Shown here: in pieces, positions 1 through 24,567 of the stretch
How positions within the stretch are numbered: the first letter of the stretch is position 1
Layout: every line of letters starts with the position of its first letter
From: Chrysomallon squamiferum
Taxonomy: Eukaryota > Animalia > Mollusca
DNA: 64,000 bases
Assembly (NCBI GenBank): GCA_012295275.1
Contig: CM022671.1
Coordinates: 32,612,001 to 32,676,000 of the forward strand
Direction of reading: 5' to 3'
Made by a program: the position numbers and the translations under genes
The notes under the pieces: model-generated
Told to the model about the DNA's origin: nothing
Databases searched by the model: none
What the model saw: the letters and a program-made list of their open reading frames with translations, nothing else

Positions 1-378
1 GTAAAATGAAATGAAATGAAATAAAAAAAAAAAATAAAAAAAAAATAAAATGAAATGAACAGAAATAAAAAAAATATATAATAAAATAAAATAATGTAAT
101 ATAAAATAAAAAAATAAAAAAATAATAAACGTAATAAAATTAATAAAGAAGAAGAAAAAAAAAGAAAGAAATGTGGAGAAAGAAAAACAAAGCATAAAAA
201 CAAATAATGAAAAACTGTTATGTGATAATGTTTTAATTTCATGAAAAAAAAAATTCTCTTTACATCACATTTAGAAATCATTAAAAATTCAGTCATTTTT
301 TTTTGAACCTTTCATTTCAGAAAACATGGCTAAGGTTATGCTTTACTGATCAGCAATAACAGATAGTTTTTTACTTAC

Positions 379-420
379 TGCCTTTGCAGTCTGACCCTAC
401 CATGTTTATGAATGAGAACT
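379..420 (-). other. Candidate further exon of the left-edge gene (frame ambiguous)
   Basis: tttttcttttttcaatag-type acceptor and |GTAAGT donor around a 42-nt GC-richer block. Confidence 0.4.
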
Positions 421-877
421 CTATTGAAAAAGAAAAACTAAACAAAAATCATGTTAATTTTTTCACCACATTTCCTGCAGAAAATGCATTAAAAACAAAA
501 GTATCACAGAAAAAGACAGGTATTCTTACTTAAATATACAGAGGGTGGAATTAGGTAGTCTTTGTTTTATTTTTTATATTTTTCAGTTTTTGTTATCTTA
601 TTAGCTTTCTTTACTAATTTCTGTGATTCCAGTTTTTTTCTGAATCATTTTGGTGCAGCCCTGAATATCCTAGCTGACCCATATTATTTCATAAAGAAAG
701 AAAAATACTTAATTAGCTTTTGTCATTCAGAAGATAACATGGTAGTATTTAGAAGATATACATATATATATATATACATAAATTACACAGTTAAGACACA
801 AAAGATTTCTGAGTGATGCAGTGGCTGGTTGGTTTGAAGTATAGAAAATAAAATAAATATTAAATGTTTTAACTTAC

Positions 878-937
878 CCTGTTACGGAGTTCTTCTTCGG
901 AGAAAAATTCATGATCCTCTCGACTGACATCAAATAC
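878..937 (-). CDS. Candidate exon of the unidentified left-edge gene (VFDVSREDHEFFSEEELRNR)
   Basis: Strong acceptor gatttttcag| and donor AGG|GTAAGT, exactly 60 nt, GC-richer than flanks. Confidence 0.6.
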
Positions 938-1305
938 CTGAAAAATCCCAGAGTTAACTTGAATAATTAGGGTATGGGATGTAAATCTGAAATACACCCA
1001 CCACCAGTTTGACCCCTCAAAACAGATTGATGGTTACTTTTTTAAAACTTATGGATTATTTTGATATCAGTTAACTAATTCATTTCTTTTATTTCATTAT
1101 TGTGGCTCTTTAGTCCTACCTCTCTAAGATGGTCCATCAGATCTCCTGGTCTAAGTCCTTTCTCAGAGTCAGGATGTCCTAATGGATGAAGTAAATTCTG
1201 GAGAATACCTCGATACAGTATTTCATTCTGAAAATGTTTGTATTATAGATACATCAGTAATTAATTTTGTATTCATTACATACAGAAAAAGAATGAAAAA
1301 AAAAG

Positions 1306-1365
<60 letters not shown>

Positions 1366-1551
1366 AAGAACAATAAGGAAAAAAGAAATAAAAAGAACAG
1401 AAGAAGAAAACAATTTAGAAATTTTGTATTTTGATCACGGTTTGGTAAAAACCACTGTATTCCAAAACATCATCATCATCATTTTTACAGCTGTAATGTT
1501 CTCTGTTCTGTTTACATATATGTATATAAATGTTAGAACATAATTCAAAAT

Positions 1552-1592
<41 letters not shown>

Positions 1593-1658
1593 AACGCATA
1601 AGAACAAAACAAAAAATTAATATAAAAATTAAAATATTATTATTTAACTAAAGCTCAC

Positions 1659-1721
1659 TTTGATTTTGGTAACATACTCTTTTCTGCGCCAGAAAGGAAT
1701 AGCCAACATGTCTGATGACAT
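1659..1721 (-). CDS. Candidate first coding exon of an unidentified gene running off the left edge (MSSDMLAIPFWRRKEYVTKIK)
   Basis: aaaaATG start, 21 codons, donor AAA|GTGAGC, phase 0 matching exon 878-937. Confidence 0.5.
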
Positions 1722-1784
1722 TTTTCAATTATCAAACAGATTCAAAGATTTTGACTGTATCTGGTCAGAATTAATACGTAGTCA

Positions 1785-1808
1785 GTTGTTATGGCAATAG
1801 AAACCAAT
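1785..1808. promoter_or_regulatory. RFX X-box-like element plus CCAAT
   Basis: GTTGTTATGGCAAT (consensus GTTGCCATGGCAAC) about 65 bp upstream of the candidate ATG at 1721, followed by CCAAT. Confidence 0.35.
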
Positions 1809-3232
1809 TAACAACTTTTTTCAAATGTCACTGATCTACTTTTAAGTGAACAAAAATTATAAATATTTATATGTAATGTACAGAGCATTTATATCAATTA
1901 AAATGAAAGTACTTGTTTCTACTGAAATCTTTTTTTTCTTTTTTTTTATGTACTTGTTTGAGACCGAAGATTAAAGGAAACTGTTAATTTCTTTTGCTTG
2001 ACAGGATACAAAATATATAAATACTGTTTGATGCAGTTCAGATGTGCACAAAAATGTTACATAGTTTGGATAATGTCCAGTGAACTTAATTCAGTCAATT
2101 TTTTTTCGTCAAAGTGGACTTATTGTTATAATATTATTTACTATGAGTGTTTGCCATCATATGTCTTTTCTGACCATTCTAGATATCTGGCATATGAGGT
2201 CAGAACCACCTCTGATAAAAATAGTAATAATTATGACCTCCTATTTCACAGAAACAAGACTTATGAAACAAAAATAGGTCTTTAAAATCAGCTGGACCAA
2301 ATGTCAGCCATCATTGGGCCAGATTTATGTGCTATCTTGGTTATATTAATTATATAAAAATTATCAGTTATCTATGCCCCTCACATCATTAACAGGACTC
2401 TCCAAACCAGCTCTTTATAGGCCCCCATCCAACTGTATATGATCCACAATTATTATTAATGACCATTTTTAAGACATAGGTAACTATATAAATAGGTGCC
2501 ATTTTTGTTGGTTACTTCCAGCTAACAGAATTTGTTAAAGAAATCTGTTGCTATAATAATTATAGGGAACACTACTGGAAGCTTTGAATCATATGTCATT
2601 GTGTCTGTGGAGGAGAGGGCATTTGCAAAGATGCTGCATATTAAGTATGATCTTAAGAGTTTTAAAATATGTGGTCATCGCTATTTCTCTTGCTTACATG
2701 GTTTGCTCTAATTTGTTTTATGTTAGTGTTATCAGAAAGCAGAAAAAAATAACAACTCAATTTATCACGTTTTTGTAAATAGATATTTATTTATTGTCAA
2801 ACTTTGTCATGAATGATGACAAAAGTAAATAAGTAGACAATAACGAGAAAATATAAAGAATTTTTATTGGAATATTTATCCATACTTCCACAGATACATT
2901 TAATATGTATTGAGGTGTTAACAAATAATCCTGTAATTATTTTATTCATCACTTTTTCTCTTTTTTTCAGTCTATCCTTTGTCTTTCATAATCTTCAAAA
3001 AAATTGAATGTAGGCTTAGAGTTGACACACAAAAAGGTTTTTAAGATACTAATATTCATAGCCATAAGTGCAATTTTAAGTTAATTGTTTTAAAATTATG
3101 TTGTTATCTGCCAGCTTATTATCTTTAATAACCTATAGCTTTCCTCGTTAGTCAAGTTAGTCAAAATAGGCATTTAAATTTCTAGTTTTAAACTTGCCTC
3201 TTATGTTCTTTGAATGTTTTTTTGTGTATGTC

Positions 3233-3342
<110 letters not shown>

Positions 3343-3866
3343 ACAAAAATAAGAAAAAAGACACAGGGAGAAAGAAAGACAAAAACTGAAAAGTAATCTT
3401 CTTTGAATAAAACACAACATTCATGTTTCTAACATTGATTATCCAATTATACATTTCTAATATTAAGTTAATTTATCTTTGAAAGTTAATTTTCAGTCTT
3501 TTATTTTCTATTTGTTAATGGGTCGAAATAACACACACACACACACACAAAATAATAATAATAATGATAATTACTTAACTCAAGTAACAGTTCTAGTTCT
3601 TTTCAACACAAAATAAAAGTGGATGAACTTGATTTTGTTTTAATTTTCCCCCAGAATTTGTTTTGTTTACTGCTAAACATTCTCTCTCAAAATATAATGA
3701 CCACAAATACTATACAATAATGTATACATTATTAGTAAGACAGTTTATAAAGTTTGGCTTTGTTAGGCAATGCTTAAATTAAAATGTTGACAACAGATGA
3801 TCATACATTTGTATGTATATGAATCTTTGTACGTTTGAGATTGTATTTAAATAAGTATCTATTTTA

Positions 3867-3900
<34 letters not shown>

Positions 3901-4676
3901 AGTATGTATGTTATATGTATATTTTTTGATTATATGTGTGTGTGCCTGTGTGTGTTTGTGTTTTATTTATATGTATGTCTTTAAGAATTAATAACTTGAC
4001 TGGAATTTTTTTTTTTTTTATTAACAAAAGCTCAGGTAACTGCCCAGTGTAATTGTCTTTAGTGGCCCCCGAGGTGAGCAGCCACCTGTGACATACAGAC
4101 ACTTTTCCAAGTGTTGATTATTTCTCAACAGACACATCCTTTAGATCACATGCACCTGCTGAACACATAATTTTGATAATTGAAACATTCAACATCAATA
4201 CTAAGTCTTATCAGTTTTTGAAGGTGAAAAGATAGCGTGGCTAGTGCAGATCAGAGCTCTGTTATCAGATGTTTATTAACTACACTTTTGCTATTTTACA
4301 ACATTACTAATTATTGGGCAGCAACAACTGAATTAAACACATAATGTAAGTTTACAGAATACATTTCGACTATTTCTTCCTGTCACCGAAGTTAAGCCTA
4401 CGTTTGTAAAACCAATCACTGGAAGTTAAATGTATAATCATGGTTGTTTGGTATACAGTGTGTTTGTATTATCAGGCAAACAAAATAACGACAAGCTACT
4501 TGTTATAATGTTGATTTGCTTTATAAATGTGTTTTCAGTTATGTAACCAAAATATTTTATTAATTAGTTCTGTCACGTCAGGGTATTTTGTTTGTTTTTT
4601 TAAATTATACATCTCTCTCCCTCTTTCTACATTATATACAATTTTATATTTTCTCCAAGAATAATTAAATAAATAC

Positions 4677-5071
4677 AGTAGTAGTAATAAATGAATAAAA
4701 GAAGAAATAAAATTTTACTTCAAGAATCTGCCATCATTTGTAATCAGTGCTCTGTATCCATGTCAACAGACTGAAAATAAATCTACCACACGATTCTATG
4801 ATCTAACTGATCTTTTAGACCTGTCCTTGTTAATGAAATATGACATTAAGTTTGCAGTGATTTATATATATAATGTAAAACATTTTAAAGGATACATTAA
4901 TAAAATTTTATGTTTTCATTAATCATATTTTTTAAGCATTTTCCTAGAACTCTTGATTTAACATAAATAAATAAATAAATAAATTTTAGTAATATTAGTG
5001 GTAGTTGTAGCAGCAGTAGTAGTAATAAATGAATAAAATAAGAAATAAAATATTACTTAACAGAATCTGCC
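4677..5071. repeat. Dispersed direct repeat of about 55 bp (copies at about 4677-4731 and 5016-5071)
   Basis: AGTAGTAGTAATAAATGAATAAAA.AAGAAATAAAAT.TTACTT..AGAATCTGCC twice. Confidence 0.8.
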
Positions 5072-6154
5072 TCCATGTTTGGATATACCAAAATTTGTAA
5101 CTGTTCTGTAAGCATGTGAAAGAACATCAAGGAAGTGATTTTAAGTGTTTATCATATTTGAAATGTCTCTTTTCATGCCATTAACAAATAAGCCTAATAT
5201 TTTATATAGTTTAAAGCTTTTGTTTCATTTTTTTTGTTTTTTGACTAATCCTTATTAACAATAAAGTATGAGAAGGCGTCTCTAATTATTTATTTCTTTT
5301 TAATTTCTTTTCTTTTTACTCTTTTAATTATAAAAATATATATATATTTATTTGGCAATTGTGTTTTACATATTAAAAAAATCTGATAGAATGATATATG
5401 ATAATTATGATACTAAGTCACCATTATGAACACATTAATTAGATCAACTGAATACAAAATGCTATCAAATGTATTTAGGCTATGTTTTCAACATATGTAC
5501 ACTTAAACAAAGCAATATTAGTATTTTTTTATTTGTTTGGTTTTAAACATCACACAAAACTGATTACAGATTTTTCAGTTTTTCTGATATATATATGCAT
5601 TAATAACCATTGCTTTTTCATATGTTCTTCTTTCATTCTACTGACAAATAATGCCCTATTTCTGGATAAATAAAAAATTAAAAAGGAAAAGGTGAGAAAA
5701 AAGAAAACAAAAACAATATCCCAAAACAAAACAAAAATGTATTGCTGACTCACTAATGCTATTATAAATATTTCATTACAACATTAAAACAGTAACTTGT
5801 GTTACCTCTATGTAGTTAATGAAATCCACATTCACACACAATGTAATTATAAAGTTCTTATCTGCAGTTGTATTTCATTACACACAAACTGCCCACCTCT
5901 CTTTACTGAAATCCACACATCAAGAGAGTATAGAACTGCATCAGATACACACAAATGATAATGATAATAATATTGATTGTAATGACGATGATGATGACAA
6001 TGATGACAATGATGAAGACAATAATAAATTTAAATTACAATATATATTTTCTGGGTTTTTTTTACAAAAATTTCTTTTCAGAGAAATACACATTAATAAT
6101 ACTAGTATTGATAATATTTTTATTAGTAAGTTCTTCCAAAAAGGTAGGAATTGT

Positions 6155-16754
<10,600 letters not shown>

Positions 16755-17256
16755 TGTAAATATCAAAGATAAGCAAAATATCGAGTTTATTGTCTTTTGA
16801 TCAATGTTATAAGCAGTCTGTATGCTGGAGTTATCGTTCTTTAAAGTACCTTTTCGAACGAAACAAAAAGACTGAGTCACACACTCCAGCACATAAGCAG
16901 CATAGATGTTTCAAACGCATTTGCCTCTCTTGCTCATCCTTTATTAATCGATATTGAAGTTAATTTATTTCTCCAAAATTAAAGACTAAAATGAATAAAT
17001 GAATAAATAAATGGATAATATAATATAATATAATATAATATAATATAATATAATACAAATATAAATATAATATAATATAAAAATATAAAATAAAATAAAA
17101 TAAAATAAAATAAAATAAAATAAAATAAAATAATATAATATAATATAATATAATATAATATAATATAATATAAAACAAAATACCAGCCCCAAAAAGGTCC
17201 TGGACATAATTTTGTTTCAAGAGTTTAAAATATGAAGTGACTTAAAATATTTATAC

Positions 17257-17311
<55 letters not shown>

Positions 17312-17511
17312 GAAATTATGATAAAAAAAAAAAAAAATAAAAAAAAAAAAAAAAATCAAACTAGAAATTATGCATATATTAAACCTAACAGTAGTAACTG
17401 TGGCAACAATCTTTTTTCTTTTCTTTTCTTTTTCTCTCTCTCTCTCTTTTTTTTTCTAACAAAAAGCCGATGTTTCATAAAAAAAATATTATCATTACAC
17501 TAAAGTCAGAG

Positions 17512-17548
<37 letters not shown>

Positions 17549-18359
17549 AATAATAACAATAATAATAGAAGATGAAAAGATGAAAGAGCATATTATTATG
17601 AAACAAATATTGATTCGTCAGACTCGGACAAAAGCTGAAAAAAAAAATTTAATATAATTACAAAATCTGAGGCTTTTTATTGATTTTCTGCATTTACCTG
17701 CAGACGTTGTTGAACTGCTTCGATTGTTTCGAGATCGTATAAAATCAGCAGACGACAGGTGTGAAACACAAAGAATAAAAACAATGTTGCCTCAGTGCCG
17801 TCTGCGTATTCCGCGAACAAAGGCAAATGGATGCGGTGAATACAGAACCGCGTATTGAACTTCGGCTAATAAAATTATTTTTAGAGTAAGGAATCGAGAT
17901 TAAGAAAATAAAATTATTATTACATTCTAAGGGTAATTTTATTTTAAATTATTTATTTACATGTTTATTTGTTTATTAATTAACAATTAATTTTCTTCTT
18001 CTTCTTTTTTTTTTTTGATTAATGTTTTGGACGCTTTCGTGCAGGATAATTTTTAAAACTTGTATCTCAAATAAAAAATTAAATGAAATTTATGATAGCC
18101 GTAAGCATTTAAACGTATAAAGAGTGGAATTACATTATTCTTATTAAATTAAACATCATAATTTACTTTCGGCCTCTCTCTTTGCTTACATAATTAATAT
18201 CTGTCTATATTTAATGGCCGTCACATATTCAAGATAAACAAAATTTCAGTATATAGAACAAGAAAAAAATAATTTTTGTCATAACAAGTATCCAGAGAAA
18301 GTTTTCAAATTGTCAATCCATGTATTTTAATGAACCTATAAAATATAATTTTTTGATGG

Positions 18360-18410
<51 letters not shown>

Positions 18411-19254
18411 CTCCTAATTCGATACTGCTTTATACTGAACACTAGTTAAACGAACAAAACTTTAATGGCAATTTTAAGCATCCCAATTACTGTTAAAACA
18501 ACAATCTGTCTCAAATTAATTACTATATATTATGCAGAGTGTCTTTTTATCAGACATTTGCAATTCTGTACTGAACTAATTTATTATCTGAACTGCACGG
18601 TATAGTACACTGTGTCAAGTTCAGCCAACATTACTTTATCTGTACGACTTTGTCTAGATCCAACAGCCTTAGATAGTTTAATAATCAGACATCAAAAGCA
18701 TTCCTTTCATTTCCAGGAAACTACAACTCACTTTATAGATTTAACAGAAGTGACAGCTCCATGTTTTCTATAATTAAGAAGTTTCTAAGATAGTGGCAAT
18801 CTAATGAAAGAGGTTTAGCTGTTTTTACCGAATAAGAATAAGAATAAAAAAATAAATGAATAAATGAATACATGAATAAATGAATAATGACGATGATGAT
18901 GGAGACGATAGTTTTCACGTGATGGTAATGATAATGATAATAATAAACGTACCTGTTTTCTGAACATATTTATTTACTGTTTATACAAAATGAATATAAA
19001 GTGGGTGATGGAGATTATGGAGATGATGCAGATTTTCTAACCACACCTTGGCGCCGCTGGTACTGGACAACCTCGTAATTCGATGTCAATTTGCTCATCA
19101 AAAAACGTTTATCAAGCCCTTTTCGTTTACATTCTGTTATTATTCCAGACGATTTTGACAGTGCTGTACATTACTTTTTCGTTAAATAATTAAAAATAAA
19201 ATATATCTGTTATTCACTTTTTAATTTATTTTTAACATCATCATTGTCAACATA

Positions 19255-19304
<50 letters not shown>

Positions 19305-19834
19305 TATTATTATTACATTTACTAACACGTTAGTTTCTATGTCGTGGCTTAAATCATACTGACACTTTATTATATTGCAGTTAGCCTTTATTATTAGCAA
19401 AGATTACAATTCATTATGTATAAACGAATAACGTGGTAATGTAGAAAATGTTTTTATGCTGTTAGTTCGCACTAAACGGTACACGTTAGGAAGATATTAT
19501 ATTCGCTCAGCTGACAAGAACTACACGAAAGAATTGCCAAAATAAATAAGGACTAGCTAGCTAGAACACTAATTCTATCATTTTCTCTTTTACTGTTTTC
19601 AAAACACCTACTTGTCAGAGGTTCCTATATACAAATAGTCACATTCACACAAACAGTGCTAAAATAACAGTATACTTAGTTCTGTGCTTTATGTTTATTT
19701 GATTATTAGACGTCTGTCGACAATAAGAGCGCCTTATCTTAACTTCTATCGAATAAAATTAGTTACGTAAGAAGCCTCGTTTTGGACAAACAGCAGTCAC
19801 AAAAAAATCCAAACAACAACAACAACATAAATAT

Positions 19835-19873
<39 letters not shown>

Positions 19874-19877
19874 CTAC

Positions 19878-19934
<57 letters not shown>

Positions 19935-20403
19935 TAAAAAACAAACAAAAAACCCCGTACCTTTTAATTAATTATATCTACTATGTTTACTACTTTATTA
20001 TAATACTGTTTCAAAGGTACATACTCAAACATACACTGATACAGACACACATACACATATGCAGACACGTAACTACCATCACGCAGATATACCAGGTATT
20101 AAATTCATAGAAAGAAGAATTTAAAAAAATGCAATAAATAAAGTAACAAAATAAACTGAATTTTATGTCGGCTTCCGCTAAAATGTAGCAGAAATGCAAT
20201 AAAAATAAAATCTGTTTTACGAAACATTCTAATTTTGATAATGAAAGTGACTCAAATGCTCTACCGTAGGTCGACACGACACGACAATAAACGTTTCTAT
20301 TTTTAGCTCAATATCGGCACACGACGTGTTAGAGTCGGTCGTGCACGCTCTGTCTGGCTGTGTCTGAGGATTTTACCGTTATCTGTCTGTTCGATGGGAC
20401 AAA
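16755..20403. promoter_or_regulatory. Divergent intergenic/promoter region between MCCC1 and NXN
   Basis: Head-to-head ATGs 3.65 kb apart; CpG-containing patches at 16780-16950, 17690-17870 and 20160-20400; AP-1 heptamers at 16873 and 20248; TCACGTGA at 18915; TGCACGC (MRE core) at 20342. Confidence 0.6.
17016..17309. repeat. (ATAAT)n/(ATAAA)n and (AAT)n microsatellites
   Basis: Directly visible. Confidence 0.9.
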
Positions 20404-20709
20404 ATGGCTAGTAGAATTGAAATTCTACTTGGAGAAAATGTCATCAAAAACAACGGCGATAAATTTTCTGTAAAGTCTTTGTGCGGGAAGGATAAAATTG
20501 TAGGGATTTACTTCTCCGCTAACTGGTGTCCGCCTTGTAAGAACTTCACACCAAAGCTGACGGATTTTTACAAGAAAATTAAGAGATCTGAAAAAGGGAG
20601 TTCGTTCGAGATTGTGTTTGTTAGTTGGGACAAAGATGACGCCAGTTTTAGGGAACATCTGAAAACAATGCCTTGGTTAGCGGTGCCTTATTCAGATAGG
20701 GAAAGAAAG
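20404..20709 (+). CDS. NXN: NXN exon 1 (first WCPPC)
   Basis: aaaATGG start; donor AAG|GTAAGA. Confidence 0.95.
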
Positions 20710-21322
20710 GTAAGAATATATATATATTATTATATATATTTCTTTTACAAATCAATTCACATTTTTGTCTTTTGTTGTCTTGACGCACCGAGTCGAATGA
20801 CATTCTATAATTCTTTCATTTAGAATTTTAGGTAGAAACGCTTTAACGTAAAAAAATAAAATAAAATAAAATAAAAGCTAAAACAAATACTTGTATCAGT
20901 TTTTATATTTTATACTTTTGAAAAGATAAAATATTCCCAGGAGTAATATTAATTTTTGTTTTAGATAAAATCAGTTAAATTAATACAGACTAATTTAGTA
21001 ATTAATTATAATTTGTGGGCTGTCTAAGTTACGCCATTCTGATTACAGTTTTATTATAACTGTGTTACTTTGTATATATTATCATAGCGAGGTACCCAAA
21101 CGTAGCTTGTTAAAGGCATCAACATACGATCTGTTTGCATAAAATTATATTTGTAATCAAATTAAATATAATCCTTATACTTGTTTGGATATGTCGATTA
21201 CGTAAATTAACATGAAATAGTAAAACAGTAACTCTAATTATTATTATTATTATTATTATTATTTAAAAATTGTTTTAAAGCTACAATTTTAATTCCTCCA
21301 GCACCTAATCTTTCTGTGTGTA

Positions 21323-21382
<60 letters not shown>

Positions 21383-22238
21383 TACACAAAACTAGTCATA
21401 TACACATACATAACATTCACACTGTATTGTCTCAAATCACACACAGATCATTACAGGTACACAAACGCACACACCAAACATACAGTATTTAACATTTAAA
21501 ACTGCAATTAATACATTGAATGTTTGTTATTATTAAATATTTAATTAGTATTGAATGTATTATCCACAATTCATGCCATACATAAATGTATGAATGACAT
21601 GAAAAACATGTTCTGTAAATCATAAACACAAACATTTACTGATATTTATTTAGTCATGATACAATATATTGATTACTACTGGTGATTTTTTAAATTATTT
21701 TGTTTTAATACTGAAACCTAACCACATGTTGGTCTTAAACATAATGCAGGTAATACCTTAATTTATACATTTTTAATATCTTGTATCCTAGGATTACAAA
21801 TTTACATGAGACCTACCTAGCATGCATACTCCATATTTTTAGTTTTTATGTTTGTAATATATCTTAATGATGCCCTTTCTTGTAAGAAATACTTCTGCTG
21901 TTAAAGTGATATAAAGTGAAATAGGTGTTTGGAAAACAGTTTCAAATATCGTTACAAATTTTACTGGTTTTACATTTGATAAAAATCGCAAGATGAAAAA
22001 TACACTTGTTGAAGTTCAAAAACTAATTATGAACTTAGTGTCATTGTTTTGTTTAGACACAGAAATTTTATTAATTAATAATGAACTGTGACATTTGTAT
22101 TTAATAAAATAATAATGATAATTAATAAAATAATACTTTTTACAAGAAAAATATTGATAATTATAATTAATAATGTGTAATTAAAAAAATAAATTAAAGA
22201 AGAATAAACTATTATTATTCATATTTTTAATATTTATA

Positions 22239-22293
<55 letters not shown>

Positions 22294-24521
22294 TTTACTT
22301 TTGATTTTTTTTTTTTACCTCATGATTATGGTATTTGAAGTCCAGGCTTGGCAGAATGACAAATATTTAAATGGTTGCTGTTATTAGATATAGTCCTTGA
22401 TTTATTGATCAAACACAGTAACTGGACAGAATTCTTGCATTCTTAATAACGTGCTGAATCAGATATTGTGGAAGTTATGTTTAATTTAAATCCGCTGGAA
22501 AAGGAAAGAAAAGAAAACAACAAAGAAAACTATGAGAAAAAAAGTCCAACTTAATTTTCCATTTTCTTTATATCACTTTGTCTTATCTAGATTCCTTATG
22601 CATATTAAATTAAATATATGGAATTTCTGTGAAAAGATGTAGAGTTTATTACCATGGAAACCTAAAGTGAGACTTGTAAAAAAAAAAAAAAAAAAAAAAT
22701 GTTATGTTTAGACAGAAATATATTAAAAAGTCTTTGAAAACAAAATAGAAAACATACTATTTACCAATAAAACAAAATTTAATATCCCCCCCCAATAAAC
22801 ACAAACACAGATACTAGAGACCAAAATTATTAATACAATATATCTGCGTTCATTTATTTGTTATTTATTTTCTCTCAGAATTCTGCACAGTATTATTTTG
22901 TTTGTTTGTTTGTTATATCCTCTAATGCTATTACTCATGATGTGAATTCAGCTAACTTAAATAAACTGTTGCTGGAAGAAAACATCTTGCTGTGTGGACC
23001 ACCTCATAGTGCGAGATAGTGCATTGTGTGTGACACTTCTGACTATACTTACCACACAAAGAAATAACACATTCACTGCTGTAGTTACACAAACAGACAT
23101 TTCATGATATTCTTTACACCAAATTATGTCAATAAATGCAATGCAAGCTGTATTATTATTAATTTGTTATGTACATAATAAATTATGTAATACCATTAAT
23201 AAGTTTAGTTTTTTTCTCATTCCAAATATTCCCTTTCTACAGCTTTTTCTTGTTCCAGCCATTTCCTTTTTAGGTATTTTTTTTTGTTTCAGTCATTTCC
23301 TGTCAGATTTTTTTTCGTTCTAGCAATTTCTTTTCTATATCTTTTTTAGTTTTTCTTATTCAGACCATTTCCTTTCCTTTGTTTGTTTCTGTATAATAGC
23401 CGTTTGTATTTTTTTTCTTGAAGTTTTAAAAATAAATCTATTTGATGCAGTATTTTCATAAATGGTTATTAAAAGATCTGATTTATCTTATTTATGTAAT
23501 TATTCAAAGAGAATAACAAAAGAACAAAAACAAACACAAAAACAAATAAAAACCACAAACCCTCCAAAAAAACATAAGGAACAAAATAGTTTAAGAACTT
23601 TAATTATTAATTTGATTGGAAAAGTTTAGATATAAAAGTCAGAGAATATGTCACCTGACCTATAGGAAAGGGTAAAAAAAAAAAAAAATCACTTCACACC
23701 TTTTTTTTATGTTTACCTGAAGTTCTATTGTAAATTTCATTGCCCAGTCACTTCAAGGTGAGACTTCATTCTTTACAGCAGTGACCCTGGGTCAAAGGTC
23801 ACTTTTCACTGAAATAACAAAAAGAGACACTGTTGGCTGTGCAGTGTGTGTTTTTGTACAAGGTCTGTTTGTTTGGTTTGGAGGTGGAAAGTTGGCTAAG
23901 GATTTGTTTCCTTTTAGAAAAGTTTGATCAGAATCTCAAACTGTTGAAAATCAGAAAATACAAAAATAGTTACTCTTGTAAACTAAGAGGCTTTTCATTA
24001 TAAATTTATCAGACATGGTATGGTGTATATGTTGTGTTTTGTGTTGTTTGTGTATGTGTGTGTGTGAATATTTATGACCAAAATTCAACAGTTAAAATAA
24101 TATTACCATTGTGAAGGACATTTTAAGACTCAGTGGGGCAGTATTGAGGCCTGTGTTTGTCCAGCAAGGTTTGTGATTATTTTTCATGGGTCAGCTGACT
24201 GTTACACAGCCACACTGACATTTGTGTTACAGACAGTGACACATCTCTGACAGATGATAGTGTGTGCTGTTTGTTCATTGTCATCTCTCATTTGTAGAAT
24301 GTCAAAACAAAAAAAAATCCAGGTAAATGACAAATGTCTGTGGTGTGTGTGTAGATGGAAGGAGGAGCATGTGTACTGGTGTGGAGGTAGGACATAATTA
24401 TGTGTTCTTGGGTGAGAAATTTGATTAGCTTTGTAGGTAGAAGATTTGTATATGTGGTGTGTTTGTGTGTCATTTTGAGTCTGGATCTGAATTTTTGCCA
24501 GAAATTGGTAGTCCTCAGATA

Positions 24522-24567
<46 letters not shown>

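Noticed and set aside
18588-18623. Hairpin CTGAACT-GCACGGT...ACTGTGT-CA-AGTTCAG
   Set aside because: Too short for a pre-miRNA; no RNA family recognised
20521-20540. Possible selenocysteine in the NXN redox motifs
   Set aside because: Both motifs use TGT codons; no in-frame TGA and no SECIS recognised
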